Below are positions 52,916 to 64,000 of a DNA stretch of 64,000 nucleotides, piece by piece. Position 1 is the first letter of the stretch, and every line of letters starts with the position of its first letter. The translations under genes and the position numbers were made by a program. The DNA lies in the NCBI GenBank assembly GCA_964016885.1, contig OZ024742.1, forward strand, positions 144,274,001 through 144,338,000, read 5' to 3'. The notes under the pieces were generated by a model, which did no database searches, was not told the DNA's origin, and worked only from the letters and a program-made list of their open reading frames with translations. This DNA is from Eledone cirrhosa. Lineage: Eukaryota.

Positions 52916-54935
52916 CTGAATGCCTGGCTTATATTATACATTAAAATACATAATTATATACATACATTCACGCTATAAAGGTCGCCTCGACTAAAAAGCC
53001 AACTCTTTAATCTAATTGCTTGCTTTATTTAAAAGCAATAATTTATTATGTTAACCAACATCAGCTTTGCTCTAATCAGAACCATAAGTCGACATTGTCT
53101 TTCTTCCCCCTCCCTTACTCTCTTTCAGGCTAGCTTAATAAACTGGAGACACGCTGCCGTTTCTTGACTAGGAGACATTAAGTCAGGATTTTATGATCTT
53201 TGAAAGACTTTTATACTGATTTATTATTGAAGGACCAGGCTCAACACAGTAGTACCTCGACGTCGTCTAAATTACACATACGTAAAACAATATTCTCAGT
53301 TTTCTTGTTATTGTACTCAATGTTTTGTAAGTTCCAGCAGCGGATACAATTATGTGAAGTCTGTTTAACTCAAAAACATTTATGACATCAGAAAACCGAG
53401 TCAAGGAACAGGATTGAGAGAATCGTTAAAATGACGAACAAAATTCTTGTGTTATTTATTTAGTTATATTCCTTTACATTTTGAGTTCAAATCTCGCCAA
53501 GATCAACTTTGCTATTCATCCTTATGTGGTCAACAAAATAAAGCATTAGAGTTGATTCCTATAAAGCATCCTTGATGTGAAGAATGGAAAGGATTATAAT
53601 AGGAGATTCCAGCTTCTGGTTCAAACACAGTCGTATGAATTACATTGTCCAATGTCTCCTTTTTTCATGTTTAAAACTTAGTTGAGATTTGAGGAAGAAG
53701 ATTTCACTACTATATGTAGGAGGATTGGCGACTATGTAGAGACTCCTTCCTCGGCTGTACTGTTTGGTAATATGCTTTGCGGTATATAGTTACGTCTATT
53801 TACGTTGAGTTCAAATCTCGCCGAGATTAACTCACCTTTAATTTAATTCTTATGAAGTCTATAATATAAAGTACCAGTAACGCACTGTAGTTAATTTAAC
53901 TTTCCCCTTCCCAAAATTATTGAATCCCACACCAACCTTAATCGAGCAGACATACAATTAAAGGCATTCCAAGCATGACCATCACATCTTTTAAGGAATA
54001 TCCAGGATCACATCATCTTCTATAACATCATTACGTTATTTAAGATGGTAAGAAAGTAACTTAATGGAGATTTGGCAGCTATTTCTAGTGGGTTGAATGA
54101 TCCCGTGGTGTCTCAACAGTTCGCTCACTAGTTAGTTTCCTGTTGATACCGATATTTAACTATAGAAATACCAGAGATATTTAGAAACCTTCCACCGTCA
54201 ATATTCTCATTGGTGGATTTGAAAAATAGTATCCAGTATTTATAAATGCTACACAACTGCTGCTCAACATTTGCTAAAACAAAACAAACATTTGATGACA
54301 ACTCAACTTATATTTGAAGTCTTCTCACTTGTCTTGGCTTCCGTTTTCTATAAATTATTTGTGTGTGAAAATCAAGATGTTGCTACCATAGCATACATTA
54401 CAAGATCTTCCAATCCCCTCTCCTTCTTCTATTTATATTTATCTTACTTGGTATTCCAGATAGAATTAATTGATAAGGAATAAAAGAGATAAATAACTGA
54501 CAGGGGAGAACATAAAAAGAAAAAAAAAGTAAGTCTAAGGAAATATTATTTACAATTTGCCCTTAATTCCTTCCTCCCAAAGGTCAAGCAATCATCAGGC
54601 AACCGTAACTAACTATGTAGGAGTCAAAAACGGGAAGCCACTCTCTACGTGGCCGCTCGACCTGTTAGGATCAGCAACCTAATCTCCTGTCAAACTACGT
54701 CCATATTCGATAATGTTGTGCTAGATATACTATTAAAAGTAAAACCGTGGTTGCTAGATTGAGCCTCACACTCCACACACGCAAGCATTAAACATTTTTT
54801 TTAATTTATGAACAAAGGCATAGCTAAATGTTCAAGTTCGTGTCACAATCATTAAGTCCCAAGTTCGATCCCACTGCGAGGATCTTGAACAAATGCCATT
54901 TACTGTTTTTAAAATTCAAGCTATTTGCCATTTTA

Positions 54936-55123
54936 AATTGTTTCAACTTTTGGCACAAGGCCAGCAATTATCACAGTGCATTACTGGTACTTTATTTAGC
55001 ACACCCCGTAAGGATGAAAGGCAAAGTTAACCTCGGCCGGATTTGAACTCAGACCGTAAAGGGTTGTAACTCTATGCTACAAAGCTGGGCGTCCGACCCT
55101 TTACCGATACTGCCAACCCACCG
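54936..55123 (-). mobile_element. tRNA SINE family A
   Basis: Same consensus. Confidence 0.82.
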
Positions 55124-55843
55124 CATTTTAAATTAAAAATAAAATCCACAAAACCTGTTAAACCGCCAGAGAGTGAGAACATGTAAGTGGCTACTTTACT
55201 TGTTAGAAACAACAGCCAAATCTCTTTCAAACCATAGGTTATCGTCTTTAGAAAAAAAAAAAAGTCACAATGGAAAATGCCGTCCGATACACAATTTGCC
55301 AGAAAATAAAGACGAGATGGCCCCGACTGGAATGTCTTTGTTGAATTAGATTTGAACTCGAGACTAAACAACAACAACAACCTACCTTACAAAACCAATG
55401 CTATCTTTGTGATCCAGCCCTAAATCATAAAAACTATTCCCACCAGGTCTTTCTTCTCTCTTCACAATAACTGACTGGTTGGGTGGCAGAGGCTGCAGCT
55501 CAAGCAACATACCTTATAAATAAGACTACACTATTTCACGGCACTTCTTTTTTCATCTTTCGCGGGGCCCTCCCCCTTTCTTTTGTTACACTTTATACAC
55601 ATTTTACCTGATATATTCTCTCTAGTCATGAATTCACATCCACCCACTTTCAACCCCCCCCTCTTTATTCTATACTGAAACACAAACATATTGCACTGTA
55701 AAGCTTCCTATACTTCATTCCTCCTGAATCTGAGGGGAGGGGGCTTCCTCTTCGCCTTAACATTTCCCTACTCTATACTAGATTAACTACATCACGTGAT
55801 TCGGAAAAAACTCAGCAAGCATTACTTTGCTTCGTACATACAA

Positions 55844-55884
<41 letters not shown>

Positions 55885-56042
55885 AAAGAGAGAGAGAGGC
55901 TACTAGTCAAAAGAGAAATAGGTCACGTATCCACAAAACTTTGTGTGTATGACATGACAGAATGTAACGAGGAAAACTGACAAACAGAACCGAGAAGTAC
56001 TTCCATTATAATGAATTAATGAATTTCTAATATATATTTCTT

Positions 56043-56079
<37 letters not shown>

Positions 56080-56155
56080 GGTTAGTTTCAGAAGATCCCG
56101 TTAAGGGTGAAAGCAGCGATTCTTTGCTTAAACTTTAATCTGTTATTTTAATAAA

Positions 56156-56191
<36 letters not shown>

Positions 56192-56217
56192 CATATGTCA
56201 ATACACGTCGGGAAAGT

Positions 56218-56259
<42 letters not shown>

Positions 56260-57678
56260 AAACAAAAATGTTGATACAAAAATCATGCATTTGCACACTG
56301 GACCTCCGCCCATTTCGGCGATGAGTGTTCTAATTGTTCGATCAAAAGAACAGCCTGCTCCAGTAATTAACTTGTAAGTGACTGAACATTCCACTGACAT
56401 GTGCACTCATAGCGTAGTTCTCAGGGAGATTCAGCCTAACACAGTTTATGATATGGCCGGCTCTATAAATTATAAGTACAGTCCGTCTGGAGGACTTCCA
56501 AACAGTTTCTCTCTACCCAATTTTATTCACAAGGCATTGGTTGACTGAGACTCAGGTAAATAACACCTGTCTAAGATAAAACGCTGTGGGATCGAATACG
56601 GGACCTAATAATTGCGAAGTGAACATCTTAACCATTTGCCATGCAGCGTCCACATAGGCATACAGACGAGGCAAGAATTAATGAAAAATGTGTTCGACCT
56701 CTGATTGGTATAGTATCAGACCTGTCAACTTTCTGTCCAACAGGGAGATCTCCCACCCATTTGGGGGTGGGTGAGAGATGTCTTCTCTTGTGAAAATGAG
56801 TATAGCTTTCATTATGTAAAAATCTCCCTACATGGCCTTGTGCCAAAAGTAGAAACAATTATGTAAAAATCTCCCCATTTTGAGGCACTTTTTTGGTGGT
56901 ACTCCCCGTTTAGGTTTTTAGAGGTTGGCATGTCTGGTATAGCTCTTGTAATGAAAGTCTTACCAAGGATGTTCACTCGTCAGTTATTCTCATAGGCAAC
57001 ACCACAATTTTCTAGACCGTTCTTTAAGACCAAAGCAACAAGCAGCTTCAGAATGTATTTTTAAAACGTTATCTCGCTTCGTAATCACGTGGGCTGCAGG
57101 TTTATACCACCCTTGGCAAGTATCGTTTACTAAAGACTCGAGGTGACATATACGTTCGGAGTGAAATTTGGTAGACGGAAAACAAACGATGGTGTTCGTT
57201 TTATGGCTGATAGCTGAGCGGTTGGATATCAATAATATATCGATCAGACTTTAAAAAGTAACTACTGGGGTTCTTATAGTCGATGAAACCTTTCAGGGTG
57301 GTGCTCCAGCTTGGCCACAGTCCAATAACTGAAACCAGTGAAATTATAAAATAAAAATAACATTGTTAACGGTGATATGTAAAGTAGTCCAATTCCAGTA
57401 GTAAATTAGTTTCTGCGTCCTAATAAACTAATGAAGGCAATCAACAGAACTTGGCGATCTTAGAGTTTAGCGTTCCACTTTAATTTGTGTTACTATGCTG
57501 CTGCATTATCGATGCAAAAGCGAAGTATTGAATTTCGGGATCGTGCAGGATTCTTGTAATCATTGTAGAATATATATATATATATATATACACGCCCTCT
57601 CACTGAGAGTGAAACTGATAATATTTGTAACATTTACTCCTGCGTTTGTCTGTTTTTTTTGTTTTCTGATATTCCGAA

Positions 57679-58203
<525 letters not shown>

Positions 58204-58325
58204 TTTAATAAATATTTGCTCTACGGTTCTTATATATTTGATATATATTTATTCTTATCGAGCCCTCTTTGGATTTTAGTCTTCAAATTTATCATTATTA
58301 ATATATATATACATACATACATACA

Positions 58326-58422
58326 CAGGGTGTCCCACAAAAGTGTATACACACTTTGATTACCTGTACAGGCAATATTTATTGGAATGCTGTTGACGTA
58401 TACATTTTTTGGGGACACCCTG
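58326..58422. mobile_element. Tc1/mariner-type MITE (97 bp)
   Basis: 25-bp TIRs CAGGGTGTCCCACAAAAGTGTATAC / GTATACATTTTTTGGGGACACCCTG in a TA context. Confidence 0.8.
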
Positions 58423-58577
58423 TATATATATATTTCTGTTGTTTAACTCCAGGTCAATCCAGATCGAAGAAAACTATGCACAACAGTACTGCCTTCGTGA
58501 ACATCCCGTCCATATAGTTGTAAACACTTCCGGATCAGGTTTGTATCATATACTATAAACGGATCTTACATTTTAAA

Positions 58578-58749
58578 ATAATTGTTTCTACTTTAGGCAC
58601 AAGGCCAGCAATTACCCAGTGCATTACTGGTACTTTATTTTATCGACCCCGTAAGGATGAAAGGCAAAGTCAACCTCGGCGGGATTTGAACTCAGATCGT
58701 AAAGGGACGTAACTATGCTGGAAAGCATGGCGTCCGACCCTCTACCGAT
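58578..58749 (-). mobile_element. tRNA SINE family A, slightly 5'-truncated
   Basis: Same consensus. Confidence 0.82.
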
Positions 58750-60289
58750 GTGATATTAAGGTTAACGACAATATAGTGCTATACAGGGCCGGGGGACAAA
58801 TGAGGTGCGGTACTAGTTAAGTTATGAGGCCCCTTACTTGGGTCCTGAAAGAAGTAAACACATTTTTTGGCAGGAAGATAAATCCGACACTGGTGCTATA
58901 GTATAAAGCACTTAGCGCAGGACTGCAAAATATGCGGGTCTGTAGCAAATGCTCTTAGAGGGTTGAAGGTAGTTTAATGGAGATTCGGTTGCTGTTTTTA
59001 GCAGGCCGCATGACTAGGTAGAGGCTCTGCCATTGGTTTGATGAAATGTGTGTAAAATCTGATTCAATCGCAGATTACAACAGACATAAAAAAATAAAAA
59101 ACCGGTCAAAATCCTATTGATTGCAAAATTCCCGTTTTCTGAAATAGTGTATCGAGGATTATATAATCCAATGTGTTCATACATTTAAACAAGATTATTT
59201 TAAGAGAGTGGTGAGTGGTCTAATAAAAACTTGTCTTCAATCCGACGCTCCGAACGACTGCACCAATTTGCGAGACACAAACACCCACATACACGTATGT
59301 ACACATACACACACAGATGTACACACACATTCATACATACGCGACAGAGGCTTATCGTGTTGGTTGTTGGTTTATTATGCTGATATTGCAATAAATGAAT
59401 AGAATGTGAACATAACAGACAGCAGCGCGTTAGTGAGTCTGTGTACAGAAACTACACGATAAGATATAATCAATTCCTGCTGTCTGTACTTTAAATTTAG
59501 TTAGGAATTGATTAAATAAATTTATTCATTGAAATGACGTTTTCATTTGCCGGCTAATAATATTGATTTCTAAACACAGGACAATAATATTAAGATAAGA
59601 ACTCAACTTCGTAATAGGGAGGAGTCTTCCAGGAAGCCAAGTTGAATCAATTTTAGTGGGATGTGACGGTGTCTAACCTGGTGGTAGGAGTAATGGACTC
59701 GTAAGATCATGGGTTCGGTTCTCAGACTAGACAGCGTGGTGTGTTCTTGGGCAAGATGCTTCATTTCACGTTGTTGTTCATTATAGCATTCAAGTTGAAC
59801 CTTAAGCAATGAAATACCCGAAAAATCTCATACGAAAATCAACCTTGTAGTAGGCAAATTTAAACCTCCCGAGGGGTGAGATTTAAATTTTATTTCATTT
59901 CAACTTTAGTGGAATAAAAAAAAAACTAATTTACTTTGGGCATGGGTACTGGTGAAACTACTGCATAACCACCCTGATATATTAAATTAAAACTAACAAT
60001 ACGTTTTTATTTTTATGGTGAAATTACTTTGTTACTACTCTGGGTTTCACGAGAACGGCTCAAGTTCTGTATCCTAATCAAATCTGCGCCTGCCGGTGCG
60101 TTTTTTTCTCGCCTTCCGCTGTAAAAAGCTACGTTTGTTTACAAAACGCTTGCTTGACGAAAGATTAGGCTCGACCAACATTAGAACATGTGTAGTTCTG
60201 ACATGTAAAACACGTATCAAATAAATATATACGTACACACATACATACACTCACACACGCATGTACACACACACACATATATATATATA

Positions 60290-60479
60290 TAATTGTTTCT
60301 ACTTTTGGCACAAGGCCTGCAATTACCCAGTACATTACTGGTACTTTATTTTATCGACCCCGTAAGGATGAAAGGCAAAGTTAACCTCGGCGGGATTTGA
60401 ACTCAGAATGGCAAGGGCCGTAACTCTATGCGTCAAAGCATGGCGTCCGACCCTCTACCGATACTGCCAATCCACCGCC
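60290..60479 (-). mobile_element. tRNA SINE family A
   Basis: Same consensus. Confidence 0.85.
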
Positions 60480-61264
60480 ATATATAATGTGTGTGTGTGT
60501 GTGTGTGTATAAATATACTGTATATATACACACACATACAGGTACGGATAATATACTTACATAGATACACGTTCTCTTTACTCTGCTGCTTTGGTATTTG
60601 CCCCTCCCTCCAACTAATACTTGTAACCCCTCTCTCTTCTCCACGTCTTTCTCACTATTTCCAATCTATTCATTCTTCAACACTAATTGTCATTTCATCA
60701 TTCTACGAGCATAAATTTTTACCGCAAAATGTTAGTCTTCTCTTCTTCCTCGCGCCATGAAACATATTCCAATGTTTGAAATATTTGTGAAACTGGAAAC
60801 AATTGCTGTTCGGATAGATTACAAACATGTAAGAAAAATGTAGGTTGATGTTTCAGATGAAATATTTTCTACAACATTCCTCCGAAGACGACGTGATGTA
60901 GCAAATTTTAAAAATAGTGTTTTGATGGGTTTTTTTTTACTGCCAGGTCAGCCTCGTCAACAGGGCTGACCTTACGGTAAACAACATGACCATCCCATCT
61001 TCCCTTCTTTTGACATTATGTACCTAGCACTAGATTCTCTTCTGAGCCCTTTATTATCAAAATCAGCAGGGATTGCTAAAAGTAGGACAAAATTCTTTGT
61101 GCTATTTAGTTATGTCTTGTACTTTCCAAGTTCAAATCCTTTCAAAGTCGACTTTGCATCTTACGTTTCCGAGTAACATAAAGTATCAGCTATATACCGA
61201 TATAGTAGGGTGTTTCTTCTTAACCACAGATTTTTCTGTCTCATGTCTATGAGAAACAATTGAA

Positions 61265-61443
61265 TTGGCAGTATCGGTAGAGGGTCGGACATGCTTTCCA
61301 GCATAGTTACGTCCCTTTACGATCTGAGTTCAAATCCCGCCGAGGTTAACTTTGCCTCTCATCCATACGGGGGTCGATAAAATAAAGTACCAGTAATGTA
61401 CTGAGTAAATGCTGGCCTTGTGCCAAAAGTAGAAACAATTATT
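61265..61443 (+). mobile_element. tRNA SINE family A (follows an older decayed copy at about 61055-61262)
   Basis: Same consensus. Confidence 0.82.
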
Positions 61444-63705
61444 TATTACGATAGGGTTAGGGTGTGATTTGAAGGACATTTGACAGGCTAGGTCAATCGA
61501 TAAGTTAGGAGGCCTCTTTCACTGAATTTTTAATGTAATCAGCTGAGTAGTTCAGTGATAGAAAAATAGGTAACAAAATTGGTGACTTGGTTCGAAGGCC
61601 CTTGTGTACGTCACAAAATATTTTCACGAATCTACGAGGAAGTCTCTGTGTGCTCTATTGACCCGCTGAAAGGGGGAACCAAATCCTCCTAAAAAAAAAC
61701 ACACCACCATCTTAGAAAAGGCCCTTGACCATAAGTTTGCGCAATATATAAAATCTATAAATAACGTAATAGTAGCTGTAATACAATTGATGAAAAAAGA
61801 AATACTTAGAAAATATTTCATGGAGATCTGTAATAAATTTAACTAGCAAACGGTTCTCACTATCTATCTCATTCTCACACACATGCGCGCGTGACTTGAT
61901 CTTGCCCATTTTATAAATGTCCTATTTCGACCTGGAGGAACACATTTTGTGCATTTCATGACATTGCTTAACTATGTTGGACATTTCTACTATATCTTCC
62001 ATTTCGGTGCATAGTTTATTTACGTAACACTCAAACGTATTTCACTGAGCTAACAGATTGCGAATTCAATTTCTTAACCACACTAAGCCTGTGAAATAAA
62101 TGTATAAATGTTTATTTAGTATGAAAGTTTAATATTTATAACTGGCTTACCGTGTCAAGTCCTAAATCAAGAACACTTTCAAACACGGGCATTCCCATCC
62201 AAACTGGGACATTTCCGCCTATCTTTTAATCGAATTAATTATTACCTAATTTTATTCTTACAATACTTCAACTGGCACCTACTTGGGGGTTACATAAACT
62301 ATGCAAAATGTTTTCTTTTTGAATTAAAAAAATAAATAAATTATTCCATGAACATCATCTACACACTTGAAAATGTATCTTTGCAAAATTTCATTGAAAT
62401 GTTCATTAAGAAAGTTATAAAGAAAAAAATCACGGATGCAGGGCGTTCACTAAACCACAAATCCCTACCGCCTGAAAAATGTTTAAAACAGTAACCAAAT
62501 ATTTATCGAACACATGTGTTACAATTTTTAATGTAGACAAAAAAATAAATAAATAATTAACAAGAAATATTTTCTGTCAACATGAAGTCAGGATTCGATG
62601 CAAATTTAAACCGTTCTCGTTTCTCCCGTCCATCAATATCCGGAACAAATTTGTAAAGGGGACAGAACACCGGTACAGACGGACCCCCTCCTCTCTCATA
62701 CCGTGACATATGGTAATCCTATGTATAACAACTCTCTCCCGTTAATAACAGAAACGTCTAACGTGCCGATATTTGACTAAAGACTGGGGCGTTAATCAAT
62801 TTAACATATTTCTGCAATAAATTTACTTAGATTTGTTTAAATCCTTTCAGATTATACAAAGGGGACAAATAAATTAAGACACCATGTTTTAACACTCAAA
62901 AATATTCTCGTCAGGTTTCTTAAGAAGTTCCTTAAAACCATATCAGTTTTACATCCCCTCCGTTCAACAATGTATACATTAGGATCTCGTTATACAAGAA
63001 AGCTATCACTTTAACACATATTCTCTAATTAAAATAGAAAATGTAGACATCGAGGTCATATTTAACAAGAAACTCCCGAAAGGTTATCACACACACACAC
63101 GCGCACATAACCAACAAATTAATAATAAACTTCGGAGTAAGTTTTATGTATTTTCTTTTTTTTTCTACTACAAGTGGAATTCTCATGTTTATCAGTTTAA
63201 CATATAAACTCTCCAGCCAAACCAACTAACTTCTAGAAGTGTTTTGGTACCGACAACATCTCAAGATGACATTGGAAGCTTATCAGTAATACATACATTA
63301 AATTTCAGGATCTTAGGTTGGTAGTGAGTGACGAAGATGGCTTAGCTTAGCTACGTTGAAAAATATATATTTTCTTTAGAGCATATCTGAACTTGTAAAG
63401 CGAATCCATCGTTGTAAACAAAACACGATTTAGTACACGTTTCAAGAACACCAGACTCATATAACACCATCCCCACCACCACCACCATCGTCACTACCGT
63501 CCTCATTACTGATAACTGACTGACCTTGTGACTTTGTGTGTAGAAACATGATTTACACAATACATACTATACAATATATCATTCAGTAAAATCATAAATA
63601 TACTCGCCCTCTCTTCGGAGTATACAATTATACATAAACACATACATGTATATATATATATATACAATATTAAATAAATGGAAACTATATTTATAAAACC
63701 ATATC

Positions 63706-63771
63706 TATTTCATTATATATATTTCAGGGATATCATATTAACAATATGCTATGCCTTCCTCAGACAAAATA
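63706..63771 (-). ncRNA. Type I hammerhead ribozyme (family G, mirror copy)
   Basis: Reverse complement arm of the 63684-64000 palindrome. Confidence 0.82.
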
Positions 63772-63912
63772 CAATATAAACAGTTTTATAGATAAATAGA
63801 TTCGACATACCGTAACAACATCGACTTGTATTTGAAAAGGTTGATTTGGCAAATACAAGTCGATGTTGTTACGGTATGTCGAATCTATTTATCTATAAAA
63901 CTGTTTATATTG

Positions 63913-63978
63913 TATTTTGTCTGAGGAAGGCATAGCATATTGTTAATATGATATCCCTGAAATATATATAATGAAATA
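63913..63978 (+). ncRNA. Type I hammerhead ribozyme (family G)
   Basis: TATTTTGT-CTGAGGA-[AGGCATAGCATATT gtt AATATGATATCCCT]-GAAA-TATATA-TA^-ATGAAATA. Confidence 0.82.
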
Positions 63979-64000
63979 GATATGGTTTTATAAATATAGT

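Larger units (their letters stand above)
63684..64000. repeat. Perfect palindrome, arms at least 151 bp, 15-nt loop (runs off the window)
   Basis: 63684-63834 is the reverse complement of 63850-64000. Confidence 0.95.

Noticed and set aside
56088-56125. CAGAAGA-TCCC gttaa GGGT-GAAA in a TA-flanked insert with AATAAA
   Set aside because: The core U4 is mutated and there is no convincing stem III or stem I. It may be a decayed PLE ribozyme but is not callable.
63351-63560. Minus ORF with a hydrophobic stretch as candidate glypican exon 1
   Set aside because: The hydrophobic run comes from a (CAC)n repeat; there is no glypican N-terminal Cys motif or suitable phase-1 donor.

Overview
AT-rich, microsatellite-dense eukaryotic DNA. 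Its repeat repertoire (tRNA/CORE SINEs, RTE LINEs with (GAT)n tails) looks like a cephalopod, probably Octopus; this is inference. The only host exon I can find is a 171-bp phase-1/1 exon on the minus strand (34126-34296) encoding the glypican GPC3/5 (dally-type) 'L.VC...TCCS..MEE.Y' segment. The whole window is therefore probably intron 1, exon 2 and intron 2 of a glypican gene. The introns hold two tandem young RTE LINEs with a PHD finger inside the RT region, and RTE-partner SINEs. They also hold a Meta-domain-like tRNA SINE, piggyBac- and mariner-type MITEs, and CR1, CRE and Penelope fragments. Unexplained signals: (i) at least 6-7 unrelated short elements carrying minimal type-I hammerhead ribozymes, mostly inserted at (TA)n tracts; (ii) six snap-back inverted duplications (fold-back palindromes), two discontinuous and three containing ribozyme motifs; (iii) two independent non-autonomous RTE derivatives built as 5'UTR plus terminal C2H2 finger; (iv) a roughly 220-bp inverted duplication bracketing the glypican exon; (v) a CpG-content step near 50.3 kb. 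Most long ORFs in the track are microsatellite artefacts. Repeat boundaries are approximate to within about 10 bp.
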